Of a stretch of DNA of 64,000 bases, positions 19,682 through 32,200 are shown piece after piece (the first letter of the stretch is position 1; every line of letters starts with the position of its first letter). The translations under genes were made by a program, and so were the position numbers. The stretch is from IMG/VR virus record IMGVR_UViG_3300033143_001219, positions 17,106 through 81,105 of that record; one strand, given 5' to 3'. The notes beneath the pieces are model-generated. The model was not told the DNA's origin. It saw nothing but the letters and a program-made list of their open reading frames with translations, and did not search any database. The DNA comes from a virus.

Positions 19682-20554
19682 TTATGCAACTGATCCTTTA
19701 ACCTGATCTCCATTATTACCACCATCCCAAGTTATAGAATTACCATTTAAACTAACTGCGTTACCAGCTGAACCACCTGAGCCTCCAGCATTAGTAGGAC
19801 ATATAGCGCTACCACTAGAAGTACCAGAATTACCAGTAATACCATATTCACCGCCATCACCACCAGCACCCGTAGCACCATTTGCTACATTTGTTAATGC
19901 ACCACCCGTACCACCTACTGTTGTACCTGCTAACCCTACATTACCTCCAGAACCACCGGATCCACCAGTATCACCGGCCCCGCCACCACCGCCGCCACCA
20001 TCTGCTTCACCTGCATCTCCACAAGTTCCAGTACCACCATATGAATGACCACCACCGCCGCCGCCGCCACCACCACTAAATACATCACCATTTGTATTAT
20101 CTATAGTTAAATCTAGTGTAGTAGTTATGGCATCTCCACCGTTATTACCAACAGAGCCTATAGGAGTTCCAGAAGTACCACCAGCTCCACCATCACCACC
20201 AGCTCCAATTATTTGTCCATTATTAATAATAGTTATTATTGAGCCTGAGGGAAAGTTTCCAATTGTTAGTGCAGCATTTGTTGTAGATGTTGAACCTATA
20301 ATTACTGCACTGTTAATTATTAGTTCATACTGAATAACTGCTGTAGGAGAATCAAATAAAGTAAACATATTTTGATCATCTGCATTTGTTGTAATTGTAT
20401 AACTTTTTAATGCATGTGATTTATGACCCGCTGCTGCTCTTAAACTTTTTAACACAGTTTTCTCCTGTTTTATTGGTTGTTCTATTAGTTGTTCTATTGG
20501 TTTATTTTTTATACCAAATAGTCTTTTAAAAAACTTTATAATGTTATTAAGCAT
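19682..20554 (-). CDS. Glycine-rich receptor-binding adhesin (T-even gp38-like)
   Basis: IINNGQIIGAGGDGG, GGDAI and FSGGGGGGGGG poly-Gly motifs; located among fibre genes. Confidence 0.75.
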   Translation of the reverse strand: MLNNIIKFFKRLFGIKNKPIEQLIEQPIKQEKTVLKSLRAAAGHKSHALKSYTITTNADDQNMFTLFDSPTAVIQYELIINSAVIIGSTSTTNAALTIGNFPSGSIITIINNGQIIGAGGDGGAGGTSGTPIGSVGNNGGDAITTTLDLTIDNTNGDVFSGGGGGGGGGHSYGGTGTCGDAGEADGGGGGGGAGDTGGSGGSGGNVGLAGTTVGGTGGALTNVANGATGAGGDGGEYGITGNSGTSSGSAICPTNAGGSGGSAGNAVSLNGNSITWDGGNNGDQVKGSVA

Positions 20555-21527
20555 AATTCTGTCCAACTAAGTTTCCACGCCACTTTGTACCTCCATCATA
20601 GGTGAATACTGTTACTACATCTTCGTTACCTGATGTAGTGCCCCATGTTGGTAAAATACCTCCATCCCAATCAACAGATGCTGGAAATGCAGGTACTCTA
20701 TTACCGGTACCATCTTGAATTAATACAAAAGTAACTGTGGTACTTTTGCCTGTTATTGGTATATTTGAAAAAGATATTGTAGTATTTCCCCCCATAGTTA
20801 ACTGAAAAAGACTTCCAGTACTTAAATCCGCAGTATATGTAGTAGTTGGGGTAGCTGTAATACTAGTTTCAGTAATTAGTTTTGTATCTATAATAGAGAA
20901 AGTATTAGTAAGTGTAAAAGTATTAGTAACTCCAGTACCCGCAGCACTCAACGTTGCTCTAGCTGCTGTTGCACTAGTATCATCAATAAGACTTGCACCA
21001 AAGGTGCTAATTGTTGTACTGGCAGGTAAAGAAATAGAACCTAAATCAGTATCTAAACCCAGTGTAGTTAATACTGTATTAGCATCAGCATCATCAACAA
21101 CAGTAGCACCGAAGGCGCTAATTGTTGTATTGGCTGGTAACGCTAAGGTTTTAATATCTGCATCAACTTCTGAATCCATTAAAGCACCGGCAGTAGTTAC
21201 ATTAGTTGTATCTGTTACATCTGCTAAAGCTTCTATAGCATCTAACTTAGTGCCATCAATAGATATATCTCTACCATCTACGGTTCCCGAGACTATTATG
21301 TTACCTGCTGTTAGTGTAACACCCCCTGTCGAAATAGTTAAAGCCCCAGTCATAGTTCCACCTGATAGATTTAACTTTAAATTAATTCCATCTAATAAAG
21401 TAGATTCACCATTTCTAGCTGTTTCTACTTCTGTATCTATAGCCTCACTAATAGTAATGAAGTTAGATATTTGCGTTGGGTAATCTATAGCGCCCACAGC
21501 TGGTATATAAGCTGAATAATTAGCCAT
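20547..21527 (-). CDS. Tail fibre protein 2 (326 aa)
   Basis: Shared anchor; GTVDGRDISIDGTKLD; C-terminal LIQDGTGNR..FP.SV.W.GG domain. Confidence 0.82.
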   Translation of the reverse strand: MANYSAYIPAVGAIDYPTQISNFITISEAIDTEVETARNGESTLLDGINLKLNLSGGTMTGALTISTGGVTLTAGNIIVSGTVDGRDISIDGTKLDAIEALADVTDTTNVTTAGALMDSEVDADIKTLALPANTTISAFGATVVDDADANTVLTTLGLDTDLGSISLPASTTISTFGASLIDDTSATAARATLSAAGTGVTNTFTLTNTFSIIDTKLITETSITATPTTTYTADLSTGSLFQLTMGGNTTISFSNIPITGKSTTVTFVLIQDGTGNRVPAFPASVDWDGGILPTWGTTSGNEDVVTVFTYDGGTKWRGNLVGQNYA

Positions 21528-22615
21528 TACTCTATAACCTCCATTGCGAACCAGTTATACTGTCCACCAGTTTTTAGCCAAATAGCTGCCCCACCTGAAG
21601 TATCTAATGTTATACTTACTGTAAAATAGTCTGTATCCGTTACTTCTAAAATAGGTGATGTTAACTGTATACAAGCCTCCTGACTTAAAGGTGTATAATC
21701 AATCCTAGAATGAGGTGCCCCCGTATAATTACTTAATCCATTTTTAAGAATAAAATACTGCTCATCTGTTATAGTAGTTCTATCTGCATCAGACATGAAA
21801 ATTTGTGCAGTCATCCTAACTTTAGTTACACCTGTTGGTACATATAATCTATCTTTATTAGTAGTAAGATCATGTATAGTATCCGTATCATATTGTTCTA
21901 TATTATAAAGTACACTTGTAGCAGACTCATCATTTATTGTTAAAGTATTTGTAAGTCCTACCAAACATCCCCTAAAGGAAGGTAAAACAGCATCAGCATA
22001 AGCTGTAGTAGCTAATTTAGTACTATTATCAGCTGCCGATTGAGTAGTGCCTGTTGTACCTGTTGGTAAACTAGGAGTTCCAGTAAATGTTGGACTAGCT
22101 ATGGGGGCTTTGGCTGCTATAGTGCCTACACTAGTTACTGCGGCGTCATCATATGCATTAGTATCTGCTTCTAGTTCATATGCAGTTTTAATCTCTGCAC
22201 CTGTTTGATCTGCAGTTGCTAAAGTTTCAATATTACCTAATTTAGTTACAGCTGCATCATCATAAGCATTAGTATCTGCTTCTAGTTCATATGCAGTTTT
22301 AATCTCTGCACCTGTTTGATCTGCAGTAGCTGAAGCTTCTATAGCATCTAATTTTGTACCATCAGTTGCTATATCTCTACCATCTACTGTACCTGAGACT
22401 ATCATATTACCAGCGGATAGTGTTAAATTTCCAGCTGTAAGCGTAGCACCTCCTGTAGATATTATAAGAGCACCAGTCATAGTACCTCCAGCTAAATTTA
22501 ATTTATCTGTTTCTAAGGCTGATACATCCGTAGTTAATGCTGTAAAACAGTCGTTAATGCTTACAGGGTATGTAGTACTATTTACAGCAGGTATATATTG
22601 TGTATAATTTGCCAT
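21527..22615 (-). CDS. Tail fibre protein 1 (362 aa)
   Basis: Shared anchor; ATADQTGAEIK repeats; ASPTFTGTP; C1q/TNF-like beta-rich C-terminus. Confidence 0.82.
   Translation of the reverse strand: MANYTQYIPAVNSTTYPVSINDCFTALTTDVSALETDKLNLAGGTMTGALIISTGGATLTAGNLTLSAGNMIVSGTVDGRDIATDGTKLDAIEASATADQTGAEIKTAYELEADTNAYDDAAVTKLGNIETLATADQTGAEIKTAYELEADTNAYDDAAVTSVGTIAAKAPIASPTFTGTPSLPTGTTGTTQSAADNSTKLATTAYADAVLPSFRGCLVGLTNTLTINDESATSVLYNIEQYDTDTIHDLTTNKDRLYVPTGVTKVRMTAQIFMSDADRTTITDEQYFILKNGLSNYTGAPHSRIDYTPLSQEACIQLTSPILEVTDTDYFTVSITLDTSGGAAIWLKTGGQYNWFAMEVIE
22135..22330 (-). repeat. 111-bp-period tandem duplication in fibre 1
   Basis: ATADQTGAEIKTAYELEADTNAYDDAAVT occurs twice, 37 aa apart; GCATTAGTATCT starts at 22155 and 22266. 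Confidence 0.9.
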
Positions 22616-22618
22616 GTA

Positions 22619-24205
22619 TTAAACCTCTTCCATTATATATTTTGATTTGTAATAGTTTTGTGCAAATTCAGTAAATTTAGGTACTTTTGTCATTTTTACT
22701 ATTCCACTATAATCTTCTTTTTTATCATTTGATACATCTTCTGGAAATAAACTAACAAACATATCGCGCCTTAATCCAGCATTTCTTAATTCATGTTGTA
22801 AAGTTATTCTATCTGTTTCCGTAATAGTACCTAAGCTAAATTCAAACTTTCTGTAAGGAATAGATACGTCTGATCTTAGACTTCCGGAGTCTGTTCTATA
22901 TTGTTTAGTTGTTTCTTCCCATGTTAATGAATGGCCATAACCAATATTATATGTAGGTTGTATATACTTACCTACTATTAATCTACCAACCTCAAAATAT
23001 GAAATATTACTACCAGCACTAAATAATTCTATTTTAAAACCCCTAATACCGGTTTGAACTGTAGGTATCCACTCAACTATATTAGAGGGGGGGGAAAATT
23101 CTACAGTTATTTTATCTGATCCCCATGCTTCTACACCCCATAAAAATGATCCCCACTCCCATAAGCTAGTAGCTTCAGTTTCAGAAGTAACATTTAATAT
23201 ACCACTATCCCAAGCTAAGAAATCTGGTAATATTATACCATCAAAATTAGGTGTTGTGATTGTATTAGTAACAACAGGTATAGTAGTATATATAGGCAAT
23301 ATGTCCCCATCAAAGGAATGGCCTGAAATATCTTCTTCAACTGTAATCTCTGTTCTAGTAGATCCTCCATTATATGCTACACCCACTATGCTATATGTAA
23401 TATTAGAGGCTGTATTAGTATCTCCTGTTACAGTGATTGATGTAGCCCTATTTATTATAGCAGTTTGATCTCCTGTGATATAAAAAATATCATTTGTAGG
23501 ATCTGCATTATCTACACCGCCGGTTACAGCAAATGTTGTAACGTTTTCTGTAGCCCCACCAGTATCAACAGTATAGCTTGCATAAGGTGCTAAGCTACCA
23601 TCGAAAATAGCTCCACCTGTTTCTTCTTCTACAGTTATAAATGTATCTGGAGCACTATACGTAGAACTAACTACTGTATATATTCTGTTAGAAGTAGTTG
23701 TAGTATCCCCGGTATAATTAAACTTAGTTCCTAAAATATAGTCAGTAGTTACATCTGTAGCTACTTGAAATATATCTTGTGTAGGAGAAGTATTATTAGT
23801 ACCACCTGCACAAGAATGAATATATGAAGTATCCCCTATAACATCAAAATCAACACCAGCAATAAAAATACTTGCACGATTTCCTGCAATATAGAAATCA
23901 TCATTGGCACTCTCTGTGCCACCTGTATTAGTATATTCTGTATCTAAAATACTACTATTATATAGTGTTATTCTATATTGCATATCTATAACAAAGTTAT
24001 GTCTACCAATAACAATAGCTGAGACATCTTTAACACTTGAAAAGAACCCTTTTATTACTTGGTTAGTATTATCAACACTTCTAGTAATTTTTGATCTAGA
24101 AGACTCCTGTACATTAAATACAGGTAAATTAGTATCCATAGTAGGCTCTGCAGATATACTTGCAGTATTTATATAATTATCTATAATGAATCTTATTTTG
24201 CTCAT
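22619..24205 (-). CDS. Distal tail (Dit-like) / tail-tip protein with inserted repeated domains
   Basis: Conserved N-terminus and YFEVGRLIVG...RTDSGS C-terminus; three internal GG..D.F...GD repeats; follows the hub gene. Confidence 0.6.
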   Translation of the reverse strand: MSKIRFIIDNYINTASISAEPTMDTNLPVFNVQESSRSKITRSVDNTNQVIKGFFSSVKDVSAIVIGRHNFVIDMQYRITLYNSSILDTEYTNTGGTESANDDFYIAGNRASIFIAGVDFDVIGDTSYIHSCAGGTNNTSPTQDIFQVATDVTTDYILGTKFNYTGDTTTTSNRIYTVVSSTYSAPDTFITVEEETGGAIFDGSLAPYASYTVDTGGATENVTTFAVTGGVDNADPTNDIFYITGDQTAIINRATSITVTGDTNTASNITYSIVGVAYNGGSTRTEITVEEDISGHSFDGDILPIYTTIPVVTNTITTPNFDGIILPDFLAWDSGILNVTSETEATSLWEWGSFLWGVEAWGSDKITVEFSPPSNIVEWIPTVQTGIRGFKIELFSAGSNISYFEVGRLIVGKYIQPTYNIGYGHSLTWEETTKQYRTDSGSLRSDVSIPYRKFEFSLGTITETDRITLQHELRNAGLRRDMFVSLFPEDVSNDKKEDYSGIVKMTKVPKFTEFAQNYYKSKYIMEEV

Positions 24206-24206
24206 T

Positions 24207-26225
24207 TTATCCCCAAACCTCCAATATTACTCGTTTATCCGTTGGGTACTCTTCCAACCCTATTATTATTACTTTTTTACCTGGGTATGTAAAGTCATAC
24301 CTACTATTTAATACTGTTATAACATCCCCTATACTTAATGTAAATGGAGAAGCTACGGCTTCTATTTTATTTATATATCTTTTTTTGCTTCTTATTACTG
24401 ATCTTCTATTTGCTTCAGTATCTGCATCTGTACTTGAATATATTAAAGTACCAACTAAATCTGAATCTGTAAGTAAAGGATATTCAGTATTAGTTAATCC
24501 AGTATATTTAATAACATTACTGTACTCAGTAGTAAGCTGATCTAAGAAGTCTAAATTATCACTCTCTAATACCGAACCAGCTACAGCGGCTTTATCTTGT
24601 ACTGTCCAATTCTTCATATAACCTAGATTAATAGACTTCTCTGGCAGTTCTATACTAGTTATACTTAGACCCTTTTCAACAATTAAATCTTCAGTTAACG
24701 TTAAATTAGATGTTTCAAAAAGTGGATCTACAAATCTGAATATCTGTAATACACATAAGCGTTCAAATCTAATATACCCACCAACTGAGGCCATGACTTC
24801 TGTTATAACATTTAATACATTTGATTCATCTTTTATATAGATACCTAAACTATCTGTATTAGTAAAAGGTAGTGACCCTGTGGGACTGAATGTTTGTGGG
24901 CATATATCAGTATCAATAGTACTTACTACAGCTAAACTTGTTTTCTCTAGTGTTAAATATTCTACTATAAACGCTGCACTGTGTGAAATTATTCCCGGCA
25001 CAATAGCGTTACTGGTATATTGAGTTCTAGCTGCTTGTCCAGTAATATCACAAGTAATTTGTGTACTTTGATCATGTACTAATAAACGTATGCAACCAGC
25101 TTGTAAGTTTTCTTCATATTGTAATGCATCCACTGTTGGCGCCGTAGTACTTAACCAACCTTCATATGTATGCCCCGTTAACCATCCCGCTACTGTTGCA
25201 GTTTGATCTGTTGCATTAGTATTTACAGTCACGGTATCCGCATCTGTAAAACCTATAACGTATCTAGACTCATCTAAAGTTATATTTCTTATTACACCTC
25301 TAGAGTATGTGCCTGTAGTCCATGTTAAACCTGTGCAATCTATTACATTTCCTGTAATAGTTACACTTGTTAATGTTGTACCAGTACCATTTAAACTATT
25401 ATCAACTAACTTATCTAAATTAGCATCATTAATACCAGTTAACTTCACGCCATTAGCGCGCACTTCAGTTACTTCAGATATACCATAATTAGTATTATCT
25501 GGACATTCATGTATTTGATATACATGATTGTAAGAATCTACTAATACTGGTTCAATATTAAATACTTTACCTAAACATATAGGTACTAAAGTGTTCTCGG
25601 TACCTGAGGGTATAACACCTAAAGAGGTGTCAAAATCTAAATATGCTCCAGAAGTATCATATAACTTCTTGGAAAATATAGTAGGAAACTTATCATATAG
25701 TCCAACACTATTACCGTTTAAATAATCAACTGTAACACTTGTATAATAAAGTGTAGCTTCTTGCGTTGTTACATTTAAAACTTCTTTCTTATCTCGTATA
25801 TTTATAGCTAATAAGTGAGGTTCTGGCGCCGTTAGTGAATCTAATACGCCTTCTAAAATTAAAATAAATTGATTTCTAGTCCAGTTAGGATCACCTATAT
25901 ATATTTTAATAGTGTGACCTTCCCAAGAATTACTTATACCTAGCATATCATCATATTCACCTTCAGTATTAAGTAATGTAATATTACCAATAGACTTGGA
26001 TGAATTGATTTTAGTTGTTATTCTAGATACATCAAATACTATATCATCATATGATATACTAGATATTGAATCACCCAAAATATTTATGAAGCTTTCCCCA
26101 TATCTTTGAACATAGGGATAGCTACTAAAGTACTTTGTGTTTAAACTAGTTCCATCATGATAGGAAATATCTACTAAGACAATTTTATGATTATCTGCAT
26201 CTAGCCAATCTTGCTCAGTTGCCAT
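24207..26225 (-). CDS. Tail-tip/baseplate hub protein
   Basis: Follows the tape measure; PICLGKVFNIEPVLVD motif; C-terminal IGDVITV...IIG fold pattern. Confidence 0.7.
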   Translation of the reverse strand: MATEQDWLDADNHKIVLVDISYHDGTSLNTKYFSSYPYVQRYGESFINILGDSISSISYDDIVFDVSRITTKINSSKSIGNITLLNTEGEYDDMLGISNSWEGHTIKIYIGDPNWTRNQFILILEGVLDSLTAPEPHLLAINIRDKKEVLNVTTQEATLYYTSVTVDYLNGNSVGLYDKFPTIFSKKLYDTSGAYLDFDTSLGVIPSGTENTLVPICLGKVFNIEPVLVDSYNHVYQIHECPDNTNYGISEVTEVRANGVKLTGINDANLDKLVDNSLNGTGTTLTSVTITGNVIDCTGLTWTTGTYSRGVIRNITLDESRYVIGFTDADTVTVNTNATDQTATVAGWLTGHTYEGWLSTTAPTVDALQYEENLQAGCIRLLVHDQSTQITCDITGQAARTQYTSNAIVPGIISHSAAFIVEYLTLEKTSLAVVSTIDTDICPQTFSPTGSLPFTNTDSLGIYIKDESNVLNVITEVMASVGGYIRFERLCVLQIFRFVDPLFETSNLTLTEDLIVEKGLSITSIELPEKSINLGYMKNWTVQDKAAVAGSVLESDNLDFLDQLTTEYSNVIKYTGLTNTEYPLLTDSDLVGTLIYSSTDADTEANRRSVIRSKKRYINKIEAVASPFTLSIGDVITVLNSRYDFTYPGKKVIIIGLEEYPTDKRVILEVWG

Positions 26226-29200
26226 TTATACTATACCTTTTGTGCTCGCTGTTTTAGAAAAGCCTATACTAGTCCCAACATCTTTAGTTGCAACTCTAAG
26301 TTCTTCATTTTTATTAAGCATATCCTCATTTCCTGAAGCTACTACTTGAGTTAAAATACTAATTGCAGATACTATGTCAGAGTTGTCTCCACTGTTTGTA
26401 GATAGTGCATCTGCTGTACCATAAATAGAATCACCACTTCTAATAGATTTAGAAGTATCAGATGTTAATATTGTTTCACCTTTATGTATCATAGCTACTT
26501 GGTCATAACTGATTTCCTCAGCACCAGAAGCAAATGAATTCATTGCAAAGTTACCCATTGTATTATTTAACATTGTTAATTGAGTTAATATAGGATTCCA
26601 AGAATCATTATTAACTTGATCTAGCTTAACTAATATAGCATCTAGATTATTAACAACTGAAGGCATTAATGCCGTTAGCTCATTATTTAAGTTAATTGTA
26701 TTTTGTTCGTTTAAAGCTACAAGTATATCATCTAATGTTTGTAGTTGTGTTATTGTTTGTAGCTGAAGCTCAGTCAGTGAGTCTTCTAGTGAATTAATAG
26801 CAAGAGTTTCCTCAGATAACCCAATTTCAGCTAATAGATTTTGATCTATAGATTCTAAAGCACCTACAACATTATTAAATATAGCTTGGTATTCCGGACC
26901 AATTGCCCAGAATACGTTTGCTAATTCTAATAATGTAGAAGCACTTTGTAAAAGATCTCCTCTAGCAGCTTCCGCTAACTCAGTATCTTGAGACAATACA
27001 TTTTGAAGGTTCGTATCAAATTGTGTTTGAGCCTCAGCTAATTTTTGTGCATTTGTTAATGGCGATAAATCACCTACAAATAGGTCATCTAAGAAGTTAC
27101 CTATTTCTTCAGATAAGTCTTTAAGTGCAGATATTGAATCCATTATACTAGATTCTAAATCTTCTGCTGCTGCAACTTCTGCCTCATATCTTGCCATTAC
27201 TGCGTTTTGTAGTTCTTCAACTAAGTTGATTTGATCAGTAATAGTCTCACCACTACCAACAGTAATTTCTATAAATTTCTCTAATGTAGTTAAGAACTCA
27301 CTAGTATCAGATAAATCTGAAAATACTGAGAAGTTAATACCTTGTCCAATATTACCTAAGCTAGTTGCTAATTTATCAACTATCTTTGTAACACGAATAC
27401 TTTGGTATGATACTTCATTCCAACCTAAAGCTGATTGAAGCACAGTTAATATTGAACCATTAATTGAAAGCATAGTATCTTCAATTGAATCAACTATTCT
27501 TTGGTTATAATCTCTAATAATATCAAGGCGTAGTAAACCATAGTATGTTTCAACTAGTGACATTTCCGTACCTGTTTCCATAGCTTCTTTTACTGCATCT
27601 TCAAAGTCGAAACTTAATTGTAATAATTCTAACTCTTTACCCAGTAAACCAAATAAAGCTATTTGTCTTTCATATTGTTGGTTTAAATTATCAATACTAT
27701 CTTCTAACTCTACTATTGCTTGTTGTTGATCATCTAAAGCTGCGCCAAGTTGAATCATAGTAGCAAATAAATCTGCACCTGATGAATCTATCTCACCTGT
27801 TGCAACGTCAACGACTGTAGCGAAAGCATTTGTTTCTTGTCCTAATTCATATACTGCTCTTAGTGCTTCTGAAGTATTATCAGGACCTAGCGTAGCTAAT
27901 AAATCTAAATCACCTCTAGCTATTAATTCTTGACGTAAAATGTCAAAACCATTACCTACTGTATCAGTTGCTGTTGCTAAACTTATTTCAAGTAGTTCTG
28001 TTTCTGTAAATAAAGCATTAGAAAACTTATCAAATAATACATTAAATTCATCTAAATCTTTAAAGTTTCTTAAAAATGCTTCTTGCCAAGAGGCAACCAT
28101 TTCTAGCTTTAAAGCTTCAAGTGCTGAATTTATAGTAGTACTTAAATTACCTGTAGATACAATAAATGAAATATCTAAACCTAGTTTATTAAATGAATTT
28201 GATAACTGTATAGTTGTATTAGTTATTCTAATTAATGTATCTGATAACTCTTCACCAGCTCTTGCAAAATCAGTTATAAATGGTATTACCTTCGAAATTA
28301 CTGTATTACCCATATTAGAGAACCATGCTGCAATTGCATCACTTTGCTCTTGTACTGATTTATCTTTTAAACTAATTCTTAATGTATCTATACTTATAAT
28401 ACCTATATCTGAAAATAATGTTGTTAAATTAGTATCTACAGCGTTGCCAAATACTGTAAAAATACTTGTAATAGTATTAAGAGTATTTGCTAATGCAAAA
28501 CTAAGTGCGTTTTCTAATGTCTGTGGTAATGCTCTGTATAATGTTTCTAATCTTGTACTTGTTTTAGAAATTAAACCCCACCAATCATTTGTAGTTGTAG
28601 TTACTTGTGTAACCAATACTGCAGAAGCGTTTTCTAAATTAAATGACAGTTCACTACCTACTAATTGAATTGTAGCACCAAATTGAATACCAGAGTCTAC
28701 TAATGAATTAGTTATCTCTTGGGTACTGAAACCTATTTCTTTTAAGAAATCAGATATCCCTGCTTCAGCTAATCCTGAAGTTTCTGTTTTATTTATTAGT
28801 TCATTGATTTCAGAATAACTTTGCCCACTACCTGACTTTATAGCAAATTCTTGTTTTCCAAATACTTGACCAAAATTAGTAGCTGCTGAAGCCTCACCAA
28901 ATCCACCTAATTGAACTGCAAATACTCTAGCAACACCTAAAAATATATCACCTAAATTATTTATAGCTATTTGTAATTCTCTTTCTGCACTAAATAGTTC
29001 AGTGTTAGTTTTAACTAATTCATCTATAGAGTTTACTAATGAGTTAGAAATTAAATCAGTACCAACTAAGCCTTGTGATCCTATTGTTGCTGTGTAATCT
29101 TCACCAGCAGTTGCACTACCACTAACACCACCAAATGACATATTAGCTGCAGAAAGTATAGACGTAACTAATCCAGCCATTGCCGCTATTCTTGCAAAAG

Positions 29201-32200
29201 CTGAGTAAGGGTCACCTTTACCTTGTTCAAGTACTGCGACTACGGCGCTTATTATTGCTAACCCTTGTTGTACTGCTGCGAATGCTTCTGCTTGTTTAGA
29301 ACCCTCATCAAATGCTTTAGATAATGCACCTACAGCTTGACTAGCTAGTTGTAAATAATCTTGCATTTCTGCTTTATTCTTTCCAGAGAATTTCTCCCCA
29401 AAAGATTCAAACGCTAAGGCTAGTGAGAATATAGCTTCACTAACATTGTCTCCAGCTTCTTTAGCTATTTTAGTCATAGCTAATAAACCTGCAGTGAAAT
29501 TATTAATCTTGTCATTATCTAGAGCAGCGTATAATTCATTTATAGTTTCTCTAAAAGGATCTAAGTTATCTATTACAGATTTTATTTGTGAATTAATATT
29601 AGTTGCAAAATCAATATCATCTTTATCCTTTAATTCTTTTTCAATATCATCTGTATTAGTAACACCATTTTTCTTTAATTTAGCTATCACCTGCAATCTT
29701 TTAATCTGTGCCAGCTCTTGTTTAGTAGCTAAAGCACCCGCTTTTAGTATTTCGAAAGCATTAGCATTAGTAGCTTTTAATTGTAAAACCATTTCCGCAG
29801 TTAACTTCTTAATATTAACTAATCTACTTGCATCATTAGCGGCTATGTTTTTAGTTATTTGTTCTACAAGTTTCTGGGCTGTTGCATATGCCGTCGTTTC
29901 CTTAGTACCCTTTAGCGCAAGTTCTGCGGCTTTAGCAGTCGCTAGATTTGATTGTAGTTTTTGTTTAGTTATTATAAATTCTTTATCCACACGATCACTT
30001 AGTAGTACACCAAATTCACGCATATACTCTAACTCTGCTTTTTCAGATACAATTCTCTGCTGTATAATTTTGTTCTGTGCTATCAATGAGTCTACAGAAG
30101 GAAGGCTATTTTTAGATATAGCTATAGCGAAATCTTCTGCAGCTTTTGAAGAAGCTACCATACGCTCTGCTAATTCCAAAGCTTTTACTGATATACCTTC
30201 TATAGATATAGCAACATCAAGATAACCTTGATACAATTCTTCTCTAATTACTCTTGCTTGTTCTACAGACACACTTAAGCCTGCAGCAACTTCCTTAGTA
30301 GTTTTACCAAGTTCTTTCTGCAATACCTTAACTTGCTTTATATAATTAGCAGTAATTTTACTTCTATTCTCTAACAACTTATTATTTAACTGTTGTCTTA
30401 AACTTTCACCAGACTTTAAAGACTTCTCAAGTCCTGCAATATCTTTTTTAGGTGCCGTTTCTATTTCTTTTTTAGTATCTTTTATAGCTTGTTCTACAGC
30501 TTTTAAATCAAATCTAACTTGTGATGTAACAGTATTTACATACTTGTTCTCAGCATCTGTTAATTCATTTAATAACCTTAATCTTGTTTTTAGTCCCTTA
30601 CTTTCCTCAATATTAGAAACAGCATTTCTAGACCTTATATCTGCTATTTCTTTTTGGGCATTTACTATTGCTTGGAATCTTTTTTGTACCCTACCAAGTT
30701 GCTCAATTATGCCTGCAGATTGTTCTTTAAGTTTTGCATTAATTTCCTCTATACTACTTGAATACGATTGTATAAGAGATGTTAAAATCCCAAACTCCCT
30801 TTCTGTTTCTTTAGTTATAAATGATGTATAATCTTGGCCACCACCAGTAGCTAGTCCACCAGATGAAGCTCGTAGATCTTGCAACTTCTTTAATTCTTTC
30901 TTAGCATTTGTAAGATTTTTAGTATAATCATCTAAGTCAACTTTAATATTCGATATATTTTTAGCAATACCCGATAAACCTAGTTGACGTAAATCAAAAT
31001 TATTTAACTTTTCTATTGCTGATATTACTGTAAAAATATTCGTAGCATCTAGGTTGCGTAGTATAACATTTAAATTAAAGAAAGCTTTTTCAATACCAGT
31101 CAATGCTGGTAGCCCGTCGTTTAGTTGTGTTAAACCTTTACTAAGTTCATCCAGAGATTCTGTAATAACATTATTTAAGTCTAATGTTCCAGCAGCATCC
31201 TCTTGCTTAGCTCTTAATAATTTAAATAATTTTTCTGCAGCATATTCTGCTTCCTCGCCACTAAGTCTAGTTAGTTTATTGAATTGTTTAAGTATTCTAT
31301 TTGTATCTTCGCTAAACCCAAATTTATTCAATACCTTAGTAATTGTTACTAATTGGTCTTTTAATTCATCTAGATTTCCTAATGCGAATGCATCTAAGAA
31401 ATTATCTATGCTATCAAATCCACCACTTAAGTCAAGATCTTTTAATGTATTTTCTAAGTTAGCTGATAGTGTACCAAATGTATTAGATAATAATTTTGCT
31501 TTCTTTGCTATGTTATCTAAAGTATCTGGTAAATCTTTTAATTTTGAGTTATAGTATTCCGCACTTTTAGCTGCCGTTTTAAGTGCCTCTGTATTATCTT
31601 CTAATGTTTCACTAAAATCTACTAAAGATCCCTCATATATGAATCCTTTAATTGCCTCAAATGCTGAGGAAAGTAGTGACCATGCAAATACAACTTGCCC
31701 TATAATAGGTATCCATTTTAGAAAAGCCCCTCCAATACCACCTATAGTAGCACCTAATAAAGAGAATGCTCTAGTTAAACCTTTCGTAGTTAGTGCTAGA
31801 TACTTAAGTTCATCTCTCAATCCTGCAAAACCGTGCTGATAACCTGCTAATGCACCTGATATAGTTGCTGAGGAAATCGCACTAGTAAATGCTAGAACCT
31901 TAGTTTTTGCAAAGGCAAATGTTGTTGAAACACCTTGACCAAATTGTTGCAAGCTACTTTGAGCCTTTATAGCACCACCGCTTATTTTTTTTATTACAGA
32001 ATTTGTTTCGCCTAACTCTTCACGTAATTCATCTAAGTGAGTTTCATTAAATCCCTGTGATACTTTAGTACCATTTTCCAGAGCTCGTATAACTCCCTGT
32101 AATCCTTTCTTATAAGATTTTAAACCCCTCTCCGTATCAGTACCAAATTTAAATGCATCTTGAAAGTTTTTACCTACTCTGTTAGTTTTCTGCACTACCT

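Noticed and set aside
19882-20079. His/Arg-rich + strand ORF
   Set aside because: Antisense shadow of the poly-Gly codons in the adhesin gene.
17608-22615. Diversity-generating retroelement or invertase shufflon acting on the fibres
   Set aside because: No reverse transcriptase or invertase in the window. Repeats are direct and in shaft regions, and differences are not adenine-specific.
23087-23094. G8 homopolymer as a phase-variation tract
   Set aside because: Single short in-frame tract (SPP codons) in a probably essential tail gene; no supporting evidence.
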